This document shows positions 36,570 to 47,006 of a DNA stretch of 64,000 nucleotides, one piece after another. The notes below the pieces were generated by a model. The model was not told the origin of the DNA and searched no databases. It was given only the letters and a program-made list of their open reading frames with translations. A program made the translations under genes and the position numbers. The DNA comes from Escherichia coli. Its GTDB lineage: Bacteria > Pseudomonadota > Gammaproteobacteria > Enterobacterales > Enterobacteriaceae. Location of the stretch: NCBI GenBank assembly GCA_032372955.1, contig GCA_032372955.1_4725.1, one strand, 5' to 3'. Every line of letters begins with the position of its first letter. The stretch's first letter is position 1.

Positions 36570-39500
36570 ATGAAAAAATCGTTAGCTGATCTGATGCGTA
36601 AGTCGCATCTTAACCTGGAAAGCGGCGATACACCTATCGAAGTCAAAGCAACGCTTTCTACCGATAAAGAAGAGCAAGTGATCGCATTACCTACAGCGGC
36701 ACGGCCAGACAGCATCGAAGCGACGATCGAATCAGATACGCTCGAGGAAGGGGCTACCGTTGATGACGCCGTTCGTGTGATTCGTAGCACGGATGAGAAC
36801 GGTGAGGATGTCGTACGTGCTGTTATTGTGACCCGTCCTATTGATGGTAGTTTACGAATTCGTTTCACACCGAGCAGCGGTGGTGTGACCATGGAAGACG
36901 GTAACGATGTTCAACCGTTCGTTCTGATCGCGGTACCGACCGCACCTGGCGAAGAGCCGAAGAACCCATATCCGGCAAACGCGCCAACCGAAACACCGGC
37001 ACCGAAAGTGACCAATGATCCGACCGTTAACGCTGACCGTGACAACCTGAAGAACAAGATTCAGGATGCGGCTAACGCCATCGACCCGACCAACCCAGCA
37101 CAAATCGAACAGGCAGCACAACCTGCGGAAACCACCGAAGGTGTTAAAGGTAACGTCGTCGAACCGGAAAAAGCAGAACCTGTTGCTGAAACAGCGGCTG
37201 CGGCAGCCGAGGTGACGCCAGAAACCAAAACAACGGAAGAACCCATCAAAGTCACCGTGATTAAACGTGTCGTGGAGAAAGTAGAAAAGGTTGAAGATAA
37301 CGTCGCTGACGAACAACCTGTTGTCGACGCTAATGACGGTAATACCGGTGAGCAGAAAGCCGAAGCAGTTGCCCAGGAAACAGAACTGCAAGGCGATGTT
37401 GAGGTCGATAACGCTGACGAAACACCCACCGAGGACAGCACCACCGAACCTGCGTCCGAAGAACCTGCTAACACCGACGCTGACGCTGGTACCACCGACG
37501 ACACAACCACCAAGGGTGATGAAAACACCAAAGGTGACGATGATGAAGACGACGAAAACGAAGAAGATGAAGATCTGAAACAAGAGTCGTTCGAAATTCA
37601 TCAAGAGCTGGAAGCCCGTGGTGTATTAGATGTTCCTGTTGTTGAACAGCGCGCATCGGTTATTCTCGGTGAAGGTGAAACAGATGTAACCGTCATTGAA
37701 ACAGAACAACCGTACATTCCTGGCACCATGGTGGTACGTCGTCTTGATGGGGATAAGAGTGTTATTGTTCGCCGTACTCGTTACGCTGAACGCTTTAACG
37801 CTGATGGTCAGGGTGAAGCGATCGCCATTGTCGACCCTACTCTGCAAGGCGAACTGAAAATGGAATTCCGTCCGGCTGAAGGTCCGATGGAAAGCTTCGA
37901 GATTCGTCCTGAAATCAAAGACGAATACATCATGGAATCGTACAAACAGCTTGATATCGCACTGAATAGCGATCTCAATCTGGAAGACGGGGAAAAGCAA
38001 CCAGGTCGCTTTAAACAGATTCTGAAATCGGTTTACGAAGCGGTCGCGAAGTTCTTAAAAGCCCTCGTGGCACGTTTGAAAAATCTCTTTGGTGTTAATA
38101 AGAAAAAAATCGAAGGGAAGGCCAACAAGCTGACCAAAGAACAACGCACAGCACCGGTGATGAAACTGCTTCCTCCGCCGAGTAATACTTCGGATGAAAA
38201 GAAAGTCAACGTCGAATGGAACAAACTCGATACGCTGCTTGCGAACGACGCTAAATCCGTCGATAAAATCGTAAACGCGGTAAAAGACAGCAAACGTATC
38301 GCTGAAGCATCCCGTAAGTTCTTCGACCAGCTGAAGGATCTTAAAGAAGGCGAAAGTCCAAACGCTGATACGGACATGCTGACAGCAACAACAATGTCTG
38401 GCGTGGCCGCGTTCGGACATAGCGCCGACGCCGCTTTAGACGGTATTCGTAAGTTCCGTGACGAACTTAGCGCCATGAAACAGCAGGATGATGCTGTACC
38501 GTCTAACGTTAGCGTTGATATGCTGATCGATGCGTCAACGAAACTGTTTAACGAAGACCTTCTGAAAGCAGCTACACAACTTCAGGAGACAGCTGAACGG
38601 CTAATCCGTGACCTCGATAAGAGCGGTAGCGATTATGATGTTGGCTACATCGTTAAACGCACGCGCACACTGATGAACTTTGCGACAACAGCATGCACCG
38701 TCTACGGATTCGCTGCGAAAGAACTCGGCGATGTTACCGTTCGTATACTCACCGCTGTTGCAGCGGCTGATAACGGCGATCTCAAACAGGAAGAGTACCA
38801 GGATGTTGCTGGTGAAAACGATCCGGTTGTAACCGTCGAGACATTGGAAGGCGATGCTGGTACTCGTGTTGTTGCTGAGGCGGAAATCGTTGACGATCCT
38901 GCGGTGGTGGAATTCGTTGAGCGTGCTGAAGAAGCGCAGCGAAATCTGGCTATCGGTCGCCATGCGGTGAGCGCGGTGGAAGGTATTCTGGTAGCGGCAC
39001 GCGAGATCGGTCCTGATAACTTCCAGGGTAACGTCGAAGCTACCGAAATTGCGATGGAAGGATTCATGGATACCGTTAAGAGTGCGGTCAACCGTATCGG
39101 TAACTGGATTGAAACCAACCACCGTTACTATACCGCCGCTACGGCTCCATGGGATAAGCTGTTCGCCGAAACGCAGCAAGCGCTGGCCAAAGCGCGTCGC
39201 GGTAACCCAGCAGCGGAACGGATTATTCTGAAACGTTTCATCCGTCATCTTACCATCGGTGGTGAACCTGTTACCGATGTGAAGAAGCTCATCGCTGCGT
39301 TGGGTGAAATCAAAATGCTTGGTAACATGACGCGTGAATTAATCGTTGCTATCGATCGTGAACTCAGCGAAGTGCGGAAGAGCAACCAGTCCGAAACATC
39401 CGCTGGATCGGTTGTTGGTCTGAAGCGTATTCCTATTCAGAAATGGGATAAGCTTATGGTCGCTACCGTACAGCCGTGGAAAGACAGCGATCGTAAAGGC

Positions 39501-39956
39501 GTTGGGTCTAAAGCGTATCTTGGTGAAACGCACATCGTGAAGGTGAGCGCGACCTATGCGACAACGCGTAACAACCCGAACGAGGAAGCAGCGAAACTGA
39601 TGCAGTGGATCTACACCGGTATCAATCGCCAGTTTACGGTTTCTGACGACCTCACCAGTGAGGAATTACCGGTAGCCACTATCAGTGAACTGGAGGCAGT
39701 GCTGCGTGCGGCTCGTGAAGCGCATGAAGCTTGGCTTATTGCTGACAACGCCATGCAGACCCTGCGTTCAATCGATAAATTCCTGGATAGCGAACTCAAC
39801 GTTGAGAACGATGTTAATAATGTCGTTAACTACGGTATTGTTCTCGGCCTGGAAGATTGGTTGTTCCATCCGGCATTGACGTTATGGCAACAGTTCAATA
39901 AACCGATGCAAGCGGTGCTTTTCCTTATCAAAGCCCATTGCGGTGCCTACAAGTAA
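36570..39956 (+). CDS. Large protein (1128 aa) with ~200-aa acidic low-complexity region
   Basis: Long ORF with AAGAGGAATAAC before the ATG; acidic T/E/D/P/A-rich tract around aa 130-335 ending in DDDEDDENEEDED; amphipathic block QILKSVYEAVAKFLKALVARLKNLFG. Confidence 0.6.
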   Translation: MKKSLADLMRKSHLNLESGDTPIEVKATLSTDKEEQVIALPTAARPDSIEATIESDTLEEGATVDDAVRVIRSTDENGEDVVRAVIVTRPIDGSLRIRFTPSSGGVTMEDGNDVQPFVLIAVPTAPGEEPKNPYPANAPTETPAPKVTNDPTVNADRDNLKNKIQDAANAIDPTNPAQIEQAAQPAETTEGVKGNVVEPEKAEPVAETAAAAAEVTPETKTTEEPIKVTVIKRVVEKVEKVEDNVADEQPVVDANDGNTGEQKAEAVAQETELQGDVEVDNADETPTEDSTTEPASEEPANTDADAGTTDDTTTKGDENTKGDDDEDDENEEDEDLKQESFEIHQELEARGVLDVPVVEQRASVILGEGETDVTVIETEQPYIPGTMVVRRLDGDKSVIVRRTRYAERFNADGQGEAIAIVDPTLQGELKMEFRPAEGPMESFEIRPEIKDEYIMESYKQLDIALNSDLNLEDGEKQPGRFKQILKSVYEAVAKFLKALVARLKNLFGVNKKKIEGKANKLTKEQRTAPVMKLLPPPSNTSDEKKVNVEWNKLDTLLANDAKSVDKIVNAVKDSKRIAEASRKFFDQLKDLKEGESPNADTDMLTATTMSGVAAFGHSADAALDGIRKFRDELSAMKQQDDAVPSNVSVDMLIDASTKLFNEDLLKAATQLQETAERLIRDLDKSGSDYDVGYIVKRTRTLMNFATTACTVYGFAAKELGDVTVRILTAVAAADNGDLKQEEYQDVAGENDPVVTVETLEGDAGTRVVAEAEIVDDPAVVEFVERAEEAQRNLAIGRHAVSAVEGILVAAREIGPDNFQGNVEATEIAMEGFMDTVKSAVNRIGNWIETNHRYYTAATAPWDKLFAETQQALAKARRGNPAAERIILKRFIRHLTIGGEPVTDVKKLIAALGEIKMLGNMTRELIVAIDRELSEVRKSNQSETSAGSVVGLKRIPIQKWDKLMVATVQPWKDSDRKGVGSKAYLGETHIVKVSATYATTRNNPNEEAAKLMQWIYTGINRQFTVSDDLTSEELPVATISELEAVLRAAREAHEAWLIADNAMQTLRSIDKFLDSELNVENDVNNVVNYGIVLGLEDWLFHPALTLWQQFNKPMQAVLFLIKAHCGAYK

Positions 39957-39971
39957 TCCGTGCACATAAAC

Positions 39972-40001
39972 AGCCCGCCCTTCGGGGTGGGCTTTATGCT
40001 G
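39972..40001 (+). terminator. GC-rich hairpin with TTCG loop followed by TTATGCTG
   Basis: AGCCCGCCC-ttcg-GGGTGGGCT, then TTTATGCTG, 16 bp after the stop at 39956. Confidence 0.55.
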
Positions 40002-40044
40002 TCGACCATCATGTGATATCTTATCTTTCAAACAGGAATCTGCG

Positions 40045-40428
40045 ATGACACGTGAAGCAAAATTTCTTTCACTCGCACTTAACGGTGCGCAGCAACAGAC
40101 ATGCTTGGTAGCGGCGTGCCCGCGACATTCAGTACCCGGTATGTATATTTGCCGTATTAACCCACATACCGCACACGAAACCGTCGTGCAGATTCCTGTT
40201 GCGGCACTACCGGAAGGTACCATCAAACCAATCATCCAAGGATTGCCGTTAGAAGCGCTATACGCTGTTTTAAACAACGAAATAGAAACATTAATGGAAA
40301 CGTCCAATGAAACAGATAAAACGCGTCTAGGGCTTGTTAGAGAGCTTCTACATAGCAGTCTGATTCATTATACCGGATATCGACAACAAGGAGGTGAGGA
40401 AATTAGCGAGGACGACACCGATGCCTAA
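40045..40428 (+). CDS. Hypothetical protein (127 aa)
   Basis: ORF with CAGGAA before the ATG; stop overlaps the next start (ATGCCTAA). Confidence 0.45.
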   Translation: MTREAKFLSLALNGAQQQTCLVAACPRHSVPGMYICRINPHTAHETVVQIPVAALPEGTIKPIIQGLPLEALYAVLNNEIETLMETSNETDKTRLGLVRELLHSSLIHYTGYRQQGGEEISEDDTDA

Positions 40429-41986
40429 ACTTGATCGAAAAATCAATGACGTATACGCGACGGTAACACGTCCGGTTGCAATCGCGGTGTTACGGCAGAT
40501 CAGCGAGCTTTGCGGATGGGATTATAATCGGGAGAACATTCTTTTTCGAGGGGAAGCGCTTCACGCTAAAATGAGCGCTGCGAACGAGCAACCGCCGCAA
40601 GTTGTTGATCAGGATGTAAAAGGGCCTGCTGACGGGTTTATCCAAATTGAGCTTAATATTGTCCCTGAAGAACAGGCGTCTATGTACGATACCGTTTACA
40701 AACGAAACAGTCTTCCCGTATTCGAAGACCGTAACCTTGGCGTATCGTTAGTACCTGTTTACAGTACAATGGTTGCGACCATGCAGATCACCAAACGGTT
40801 CGAGGATCAGGTCACCGCCGAACGTTGGTGGTACGACATGAAACGTTTGCTGACAAGCCAGCACGTCGCTGCCTTTCTTAGCGCTGAATACAGCTATGCG
40901 ATCCCAACACAGTTTCTCATGCTGTTAAAAGTTATCCACACACACCGAGAAGCAATAGCGGGTTACGGGGATAAGTTCAGCGAATACCTTAGAGACGGGT
41001 TCGACAACCGTGCAACCACCATGACGACAGTTGCCGGTGACGGTAAGAGCGTTAAATTGGTTATCAGGGAAATGCAAGAAGAGATCTCTGGCCAATTTGA
41101 TTTCACCGACGCACCAAAACCCGAGAAGAATGAGAACAGTTCTTCGTACAACGCAACCTTCTCTTACCGTTACACGTACGACACACCAACACACATCGTA
41201 GCACGGTATCCTGTTCAAGTACACCAACAGATACTCCCCGAAGAGTACCTTTACAAACCGAGCCTCTCGGTGCGTGATAAATCCCGTGCGCGTCGTGGTG
41301 GTATGGTGGTGCAGTATCAGGACATTCTTCGTGATTCGTTCTTGCCGGAGCAGGGTGCGTCGATTCAAGCGTATCGGTATCCTGATCTGGATGAATGGCT
41401 ACCGCCATCGAGCGTGGAAACCGAGCTTCCATCATGTACGCTTTTCACCGCACTGCTTGCTATCGATCCCGAACAACCTAACCTGTTGGTGACGTTGGAC
41501 TCGTTAGCCGAAGAAGGTGAATTCCATCCCGATCTTGTTCGGTGGTTCCGCGAGTACCCGGAATGGTCAAAATGCCATTACCAATCTCCTTTTTTCCTTG
41601 AGGTTTGGAAGGGTAAATACCGCTACGCAAGAGACGCGTGGACATTAACCGACGTTGGCGATCTTGAAGCGAAAGATCCGTTAGACTTACGGAGTGATTA
41701 CCACGTTCGTCTGGCGATACTGTTAGATTTAAGTCAGTTACAGGTTGAAACACTTGAAGCGTTGTGTTGTTATCCCAATCTGGTGGATGAACTGTTTGCG
41801 GTATTAGGTTTAGATAAAAAGTACTGGCCTAAGAAGAACAGTCGGGGATGCTATACGCTAATCGGGCTTATCGAAGCCATCAAACGTATCCCAACAACCG
41901 CTTCGTGGTTCAAACATCGTAGTTTATTCGTGCCGAGAATTCTTGTCGGTACCATCGTAGGAGTGAAACGCTATGGCGCTCGCTAA
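40421..41986 (+). CDS. Hypothetical protein (~521 aa)
   Basis: ATG at 40421 preceded by GGAGGTGAGGAA; the track start at 40394 would overlap the upstream gene by 35 bp. Confidence 0.55.
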   Translation: MPKLDRKINDVYATVTRPVAIAVLRQISELCGWDYNRENILFRGEALHAKMSAANEQPPQVVDQDVKGPADGFIQIELNIVPEEQASMYDTVYKRNSLPVFEDRNLGVSLVPVYSTMVATMQITKRFEDQVTAERWWYDMKRLLTSQHVAAFLSAEYSYAIPTQFLMLLKVIHTHREAIAGYGDKFSEYLRDGFDNRATTMTTVAGDGKSVKLVIREMQEEISGQFDFTDAPKPEKNENSSSYNATFSYRYTYDTPTHIVARYPVQVHQQILPEEYLYKPSLSVRDKSRARRGGMVVQYQDILRDSFLPEQGASIQAYRYPDLDEWLPPSSVETELPSCTLFTALLAIDPEQPNLLVTLDSLAEEGEFHPDLVRWFREYPEWSKCHYQSPFFLEVWKGKYRYARDAWTLTDVGDLEAKDPLDLRSDYHVRLAILLDLSQLQVETLEALCCYPNLVDELFAVLGLDKKYWPKKNSRGCYTLIGLIEAIKRIPTTASWFKHRSLFVPRILVGTIVGVKRYGAR

Positions 41987-43289
41987 GAAGCCCGCGAAAC
42001 CCATCATCAACCCCCAACAACCCGCGAAGGCTCGCGACGATGTTTATCGTTCTGCGGTGGTGGATGAGCAATACAATAGTCAAATCGGGTTAGTGAATTA
42101 CGCATCCGGTTATTCCGTAGAATGTGATTATTACGAACAGATTCTCGGTCGCGATGATGAACAAAGCAGTTTTCAAGCTAACCGTGATATCGCTGAACAG
42201 CAGTACCGTCGCATCAGACATTACCCTATCAAGTTAATGTCGTCATTGACGCCGTCGTACGACAACGGTACCGCACGTTTTCAATCCGAGGGTACGTGTA
42301 TACTTCCGGCGGTATCGGTTCCTCTTTTAGGTAACATGCTGTTAATCTCCGGTCTCGATCATCGTATCGCGGTGTACACAATCACCCGAATCACGCCGAA
42401 GAACATCAGCTTAGCACCGGCTTACGAATGCGATATTTCCTTCCAACGTATTCTTGACGAAAAACAGCTTATCGAACTGGAAGCGAAAATCGTTGAAGAT
42501 ACGCTATACGACCAAGACCAGTTAAAGCACGGAAAACATCCCGTAATGGCAACGGAGAAATACAATCGTAAGTATGATTATCTCCGTCGTGCACTGGGAC
42601 TTTGTCACGCGTATTACCACGAATTTTACAGCCGTGAACTCAACACACTGCTTGTTCCTGGTCAGGATGCGGCAACCTACGATCCCTGGTGTGTTAACGC
42701 GTTTACGAAATTATGGTCGTCGCTTGAAGGAAAGCCATCATGGAACTTCGGACGTCTTAACGTAGACGACAGCCAGGAAGCGAATGCGATTTCTGTCTTT
42801 GAATGGGTCATGGACGGACGTCGGGAAGACGAAGCACGGTTGACGGTGAAATTCACACTGTTGTCAACAAAGCGTTTCTATCAATACCCGGCTGCAGGTG
42901 GGATTCGTTTTAGCGGGGCGCGGTTCTGTATGTGGCCTGCGACCACGTCGCTCGGTGATGACGTCGGTAAAGAGTTAGCCGTGCCTGAAAACACACCACC
43001 GACAAACCCGTTGGTGACCAACCTTACATCGATGGAGTATGATGGCGTTCCGTTGTTTCCATCGGTAGCGGACGATCCGTACTATGTTTTCACAGAGGCT
43101 TTCTATCGCAACCAAGCCCCGATGACGATCATTGAGAGTATGGTGCGTGATATGGTCGATGAGAAAGCAATCAGCCATCCAGCACTAAAACAGATGGTTG
43201 ATGCAATACCGTTGCTTTCTCCGCTAGATCGTTATTATTTCACACCGTTCGTTATTATGCTGTTACGAGCAGGAGCTATTGAACCATGA
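41973..43289 (+). CDS. Hypothetical protein (438 aa)
   Basis: AGGAGTGAAACGCT before the ATG; 14-bp overlap with the upstream gene. Confidence 0.55.
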   Translation: MALAKKPAKPIINPQQPAKARDDVYRSAVVDEQYNSQIGLVNYASGYSVECDYYEQILGRDDEQSSFQANRDIAEQQYRRIRHYPIKLMSSLTPSYDNGTARFQSEGTCILPAVSVPLLGNMLLISGLDHRIAVYTITRITPKNISLAPAYECDISFQRILDEKQLIELEAKIVEDTLYDQDQLKHGKHPVMATEKYNRKYDYLRRALGLCHAYYHEFYSRELNTLLVPGQDAATYDPWCVNAFTKLWSSLEGKPSWNFGRLNVDDSQEANAISVFEWVMDGRREDEARLTVKFTLLSTKRFYQYPAAGGIRFSGARFCMWPATTSLGDDVGKELAVPENTPPTNPLVTNLTSMEYDGVPLFPSVADDPYYVFTEAFYRNQAPMTIIESMVRDMVDEKAISHPALKQMVDAIPLLSPLDRYYFTPFVIMLLRAGAIEP

Positions 43290-43891
43290 GTCTACAACAC
43301 GTTAAAGATACCCCAACCAAACGTCTATTTGAACGTAAATTCGAATTCTGGATTCCCCGTAAATTCATGGTGGATAACTACACCAACGAGGTCAGCGGCG
43401 TCTACTCTTCAGGGGTTGCAGAAATCGACGATATGGCCATGAACGAAGAGGTGCCCGCACAGCTCACCGTACCGCAGGCTGCTGAAAAACATTCTCGTGG
43501 TGTCCCTATGCGTATTGCAAATCCTGACGTGAACGCCATGAAGATGTTCATGCTTCTTCTGGAACACACGGAATACGTTAAATACAATCTCGAAAACGAT
43601 CCTAACGCGCGCGTACCGTCTCTCGAAGCCAGTCGTATCCTCGAAGAGTTCATGGGTGGTCTGTGGAACGTTGCACGCGGTCGCATTAAAGACCCAACCG
43701 AAATGAGCGGATTATCTTCACGTTTACGTGAAATCGGTCAGCGTCGTAAAATCGGCATCAACCGCGCACGTCGCGGTGGTCTCAATGCAGGCCCAACCGT
43801 TGAAGAGCAACTGCAGGCGGTTCGTCACAGTGAATTCCGTGGTACGAAGATCGAAGAATTCATCATCCAACAACAACAACGGGGTCGTTAA
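43286..43891 (+). CDS. Hypothetical protein (201 aa)
   Basis: ATGA start/stop overlap with the upstream gene. Confidence 0.5.
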   Translation: MSLQHVKDTPTKRLFERKFEFWIPRKFMVDNYTNEVSGVYSSGVAEIDDMAMNEEVPAQLTVPQAAEKHSRGVPMRIANPDVNAMKMFMLLLEHTEYVKYNLENDPNARVPSLEASRILEEFMGGLWNVARGRIKDPTEMSGLSSRLREIGQRRKIGINRARRGGLNAGPTVEEQLQAVRHSEFRGTKIEEFIIQQQQRGR

Positions 43892-43893
43892 AC

Positions 43894-45261
43894 ATGGATT
43901 ACAAACAGACGCCGTTAGGACGGTATATCGGTACATTTGCGCAGGAAGCAGTTGCTGTTGCGTATAAAGTCACCGCGGAATTAATCACGCCGTCAATGAC
44001 GGTGTCTGTTCCTTTAGTGACTCAAGTCCACACGTATCGAGACTATGAACGTAACGCAGGAGATGAACTTTATATCTCTGTAAAGTTCCCGCCTGGCAGT
44101 TACGGAAAATACATCTTACCGTACCAACAACAACTTAAAATGCGTATCATCGTGCAGGCATACAGCCTGATGCGTGGACAACGCCAAACCGTAGACGATG
44201 CCGCACAAGCTTACGTCTACCGAGCGGTTTGTTTAACAACCGTAGACAGTCGTATGTCTGCTACCGACGAACGTACCGCAACAGATTCTTCGAAGAAAGA
44301 CTACGAACAAATGGTCGATCTTCAATTTCAACTGTTCGATCCTGTTCTTGAAAGCTTCATGCAATCAGAAACCGGTGAAAACTATACTGGGTCGAAAGTG
44401 TTGGATGTGTTGCGCCTTGAATTCAGCAAGATACTTTCTGCGGTTGAAGCCGACACCGGATTCAAAATGCAGGGCGTGGACATTGTTGCGCCGAATAACG
44501 ACAATCTGTTCAAGTTGCTTATTCTTCCGCACGGTACCAACGCAATGGATCTCGTAGACAAAATCCAGAACCAGGTCGGTATTTATTCAGCGGACGTAGG
44601 TTGTTATTATCAATCCCCGTATCTGTATATTTATCCTCTCTACGACGAAACCCGTTTCTCTGACGGTCGTCGCACGGCTATCTTTTACAACTACCCTGCC
44701 GATATGTTTCCAGGCATGGACAAGACCTGGATCAATCGTGACAAATACGTGGAAATTGCATGTACGAGAGGGGCGTCGGTAAGCGACATCAATAACGCGG
44801 CTTCGTTGTTAGGTAATGCGGGTGGGCGTTTTGTTTCGGCAAGTCAGATGAGTCAGGGAATGACATTATCAAAAGGAGGCGATACGATAATCAGTCGTAC
44901 TGTAAACGTTAGCGAGTACGTAACTGAAGAACGTAGCGATAACGTGAAGGTGGCGAAAGGGATGGGACGCGTAACCGATAACCGATGGCGTGAATTAAGT
45001 AATACTGCTGGATTACGCGGCAGGACAATGCAGTTGGTGTGGGAATACGCAAACATGGATATGTTGTATCCCGGCATGCCTGCTAAAGTTGTGTGGATGC
45101 AGGATAACAATCTCTGCGAAGCATACGGGGTTATCATGCGTACCGATTGTGCTGTTACGATGGCAGGTTCTTCTGTACGTGAACCACAGTGGACATGCCA
45201 TGGTACGGTCACGTTATGGCTTGCACCAGAAAAAGACAACACCGTTCGTCCAACCGTTTAA
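43894..45261 (+). CDS. Hypothetical protein (455 aa)
   Basis: Starts 3 bp after the upstream stop; last gene of a five-gene translationally coupled block. Confidence 0.55.
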   Translation: MDYKQTPLGRYIGTFAQEAVAVAYKVTAELITPSMTVSVPLVTQVHTYRDYERNAGDELYISVKFPPGSYGKYILPYQQQLKMRIIVQAYSLMRGQRQTVDDAAQAYVYRAVCLTTVDSRMSATDERTATDSSKKDYEQMVDLQFQLFDPVLESFMQSETGENYTGSKVLDVLRLEFSKILSAVEADTGFKMQGVDIVAPNNDNLFKLLILPHGTNAMDLVDKIQNQVGIYSADVGCYYQSPYLYIYPLYDETRFSDGRRTAIFYNYPADMFPGMDKTWINRDKYVEIACTRGASVSDINNAASLLGNAGGRFVSASQMSQGMTLSKGGDTIISRTVNVSEYVTEERSDNVKVAKGMGRVTDNRWRELSNTAGLRGRTMQLVWEYANMDMLYPGMPAKVVWMQDNNLCEAYGVIMRTDCAVTMAGSSVREPQWTCHGTVTLWLAPEKDNTVRPTV

Positions 45262-45265
45262 TATT

Positions 45266-45306
45266 CCCTCTCCCTTCCCTTACGGGTTGGGAGAGGGCTT
45301 ATGCTG
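45266..45306 (+). terminator. GC-rich hairpin followed by CTTATGCTG
   Basis: CCCTCTCCC-ttcccttacgggtt-GGGAGAGGG, then CTTATGCTG, 5 bp after the stop at 45261. Confidence 0.55.
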
Positions 45307-45326
45307 TCTTATTTCGCATTACTCCA

Positions 45327-45350
45327 GTTTATTTCGCGACTACATTACCT
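45327..45350 (+). promoter_or_regulatory. Conserved promoter-like box GTTTATTTCGCGACTACATTACCT (copy 2 of 3)
   Basis: 23 of 24 nt identical to 6429..6452; followed by AGGTGATAAG as in copy 3; ~200 bp upstream of 45559. Confidence 0.5.
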
Positions 45351-45558
45351 AGGTGATAAGAGCGGTTACTGTTGTCGCTGTAAATTTCTCTTAATAATCG
45401 AGGATACAGTCATGGCCTTATTAATACGCGACCCGTCAGCATACGAAAACACGCGTTATAACCATAACCAGTTCGGCAATAATTTCTAACAAAGAACGAT
45501 CAATCTATGCATTGATTCTTCTATCCGCAATCCACCTAACATAGAAAGGTAAAATACG

Positions 45559-46128
45559 ATGTTTAATCCAGAAATCATGATTCTTGATCCTTGGTACCTC
45601 AACAAACTTCCAGGAATCAAAATGCCAGGCGATCCTCACGCATTCGATTTGATGGTCGTTGCCGAAGTTACCAGCAATACGGTTAACACCATCGACGATG
45701 ATGAGGTTCCTGTTGAAGAGGTGTTCTCTGTTACGACGACATTACTGGAAAGTCGAGAGCTGACCGAAAACGGCAGCGCCGATGAAATCATTCCTATCGA
45801 TGGTGAGATGGAGATCATGTTAACACAGGTCGAGTTGCACCATCGTGTCGCACCAACAAAAGACACGCCTTATGACAATGAACCTGCAGAACAACCTGAT
45901 GAAAACGGTCGAGTGAAACTTGCTGACATCGACGACGATGCTCTTGAAGATATCGACGAAAACGAAGAAACGAACTTCTACCAAGCTGAAGCGAAAGAAG
46001 CGTTTGATAAAGCGGTTCAGCATGATCGACGTATCACCGAGAAGATGATCCAACAACAACTTATCGGTAAACGTCTTAAGCTCGAATTCGCAAGCGGGGT
46101 GCTTACTACCTGGTCACTCATCGTCTAA
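45559..46128 (+). CDS. Hypothetical acidic protein (189 aa)
   Basis: ORF with AAAGGTAAAATACG before the ATG. Confidence 0.5.
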   Translation: MFNPEIMILDPWYLNKLPGIKMPGDPHAFDLMVVAEVTSNTVNTIDDDEVPVEEVFSVTTTLLESRELTENGSADEIIPIDGEMEIMLTQVELHHRVAPTKDTPYDNEPAEQPDENGRVKLADIDDDALEDIDENEETNFYQAEAKEAFDKAVQHDRRITEKMIQQQLIGKRLKLEFASGVLTTWSLIV

Positions 46129-46197
46129 AACCGAAACAACGTTTTCATTTCCAATCACATACTCAACAATCTAAATCCAATTAAGAGGACAACATTT

Positions 46198-46599
46198 ATG
46201 TTTAATATTCTTAGTGTACCGCGTTCCCCTGTCAGTTCTTACTTCGGTATTATGACCAGTAAAGAACACAACGTGGAATATACTGTTATCGCTAAAGATC
46301 CATCACCGATCAACGTAACGTTTGCTGAAGGTACTACCGAACTCGTTCCGTTAAATGGTGAATTCAGTAAACCTGTTAACGGCGTCTACGAACTTATCAC
46401 TCGCGATCCGAATAACAACGCGACCTACCGTGTGGTGTGTGCGTTCAACAATAACAAATTGGTTATTGTTGCGGATAGCCGTGGGTTATCGTGGATGGCT
46501 GAGGAAGGCACACATCGTTACTACGAAGAATGCTTACGAACCGCAGGCATCTACGATCTGGTAATGGACGCCCGTGCTAAAAACGACCGGATGTTTTAA
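46198..46599 (+). CDS. Hypothetical protein (133 aa)
   Basis: ORF with AAGAGGACAACATTT before the ATG. Confidence 0.5.
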   Translation: MFNILSVPRSPVSSYFGIMTSKEHNVEYTVIAKDPSPINVTFAEGTTELVPLNGEFSKPVNGVYELITRDPNNNATYRVVCAFNNNKLVIVADSRGLSWMAEEGTHRYYEECLRTAGIYDLVMDARAKNDRMF

Positions 46600-46605
46600 A
46601 TTATC

Positions 46606-46932
46606 ATGATTACTCGAGAAATCATTTACGACGCTATTATCGAATGCCGCCATCGCGTCATGCGTGGAACGGTGTATAACTACCACTTAAACAACATTAT
46701 CAGTGAATGTACGGCGGTGATGACTAGCGCGCTGGGTAAACCTAGCGCTATCGCACTCTATCCAAACATCACTGAACAGGAGCAAATCAATATCGAAAAC
46801 CAACGTCGAGTGAATCGCCAATACGATGTAACAGCCATGCACGCATGGCTTATCGTTGCAGCGAAACTCAACACGCTTCTCACTGAGAACGGCTGGAAAT
46901 TTTCACCTAATGAATTCATGACAATAAGTTAA
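46606..46932 (+). CDS. Hypothetical protein (108 aa)
   Basis: ORF followed by a bidirectional terminator. Confidence 0.45.
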   Translation: MITREIIYDAIIECRHRVMRGTVYNYHLNNIISECTAVMTSALGKPSAIALYPNITEQEQINIENQRRVNRQYDVTAMHAWLIVAAKLNTLLTENGWKFSPNEFMTIS

Positions 46933-46947
46933 TCAAAGCGGTCATAA

Positions 46948-47002
46948 CCCCTCCTCCTTCCCTTACGGGTTGGAGGAGGGAACCGCACAATCTTTTTTTT
47001 TT
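46948..47002. terminator. Bidirectional terminator between convergent genes
   Basis: CCCTCCTCC-ttcccttacgggtt-GGAGGAGGG hairpin, then a T10 run at 46993..47002. Confidence 0.65.
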
Positions 47003-47006
47003 GCGT

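Noticed and set aside
36852-37604. 250-aa and 156-aa minus-strand ORFs inside the 1128-aa gene
   Set aside because: They lie antisense to the acidic low-complexity tract; the repetitive composition removes stop codons on the opposite strand.
45412-45489. 25-codon small ORF (MALLIRDPSAYENTRYNHNQFGNNF) downstream of promoter-like box copy 2
   Set aside because: It has a plausible AGGA site but is too short to evaluate without conservation or ribosome-profiling data; left uncalled.
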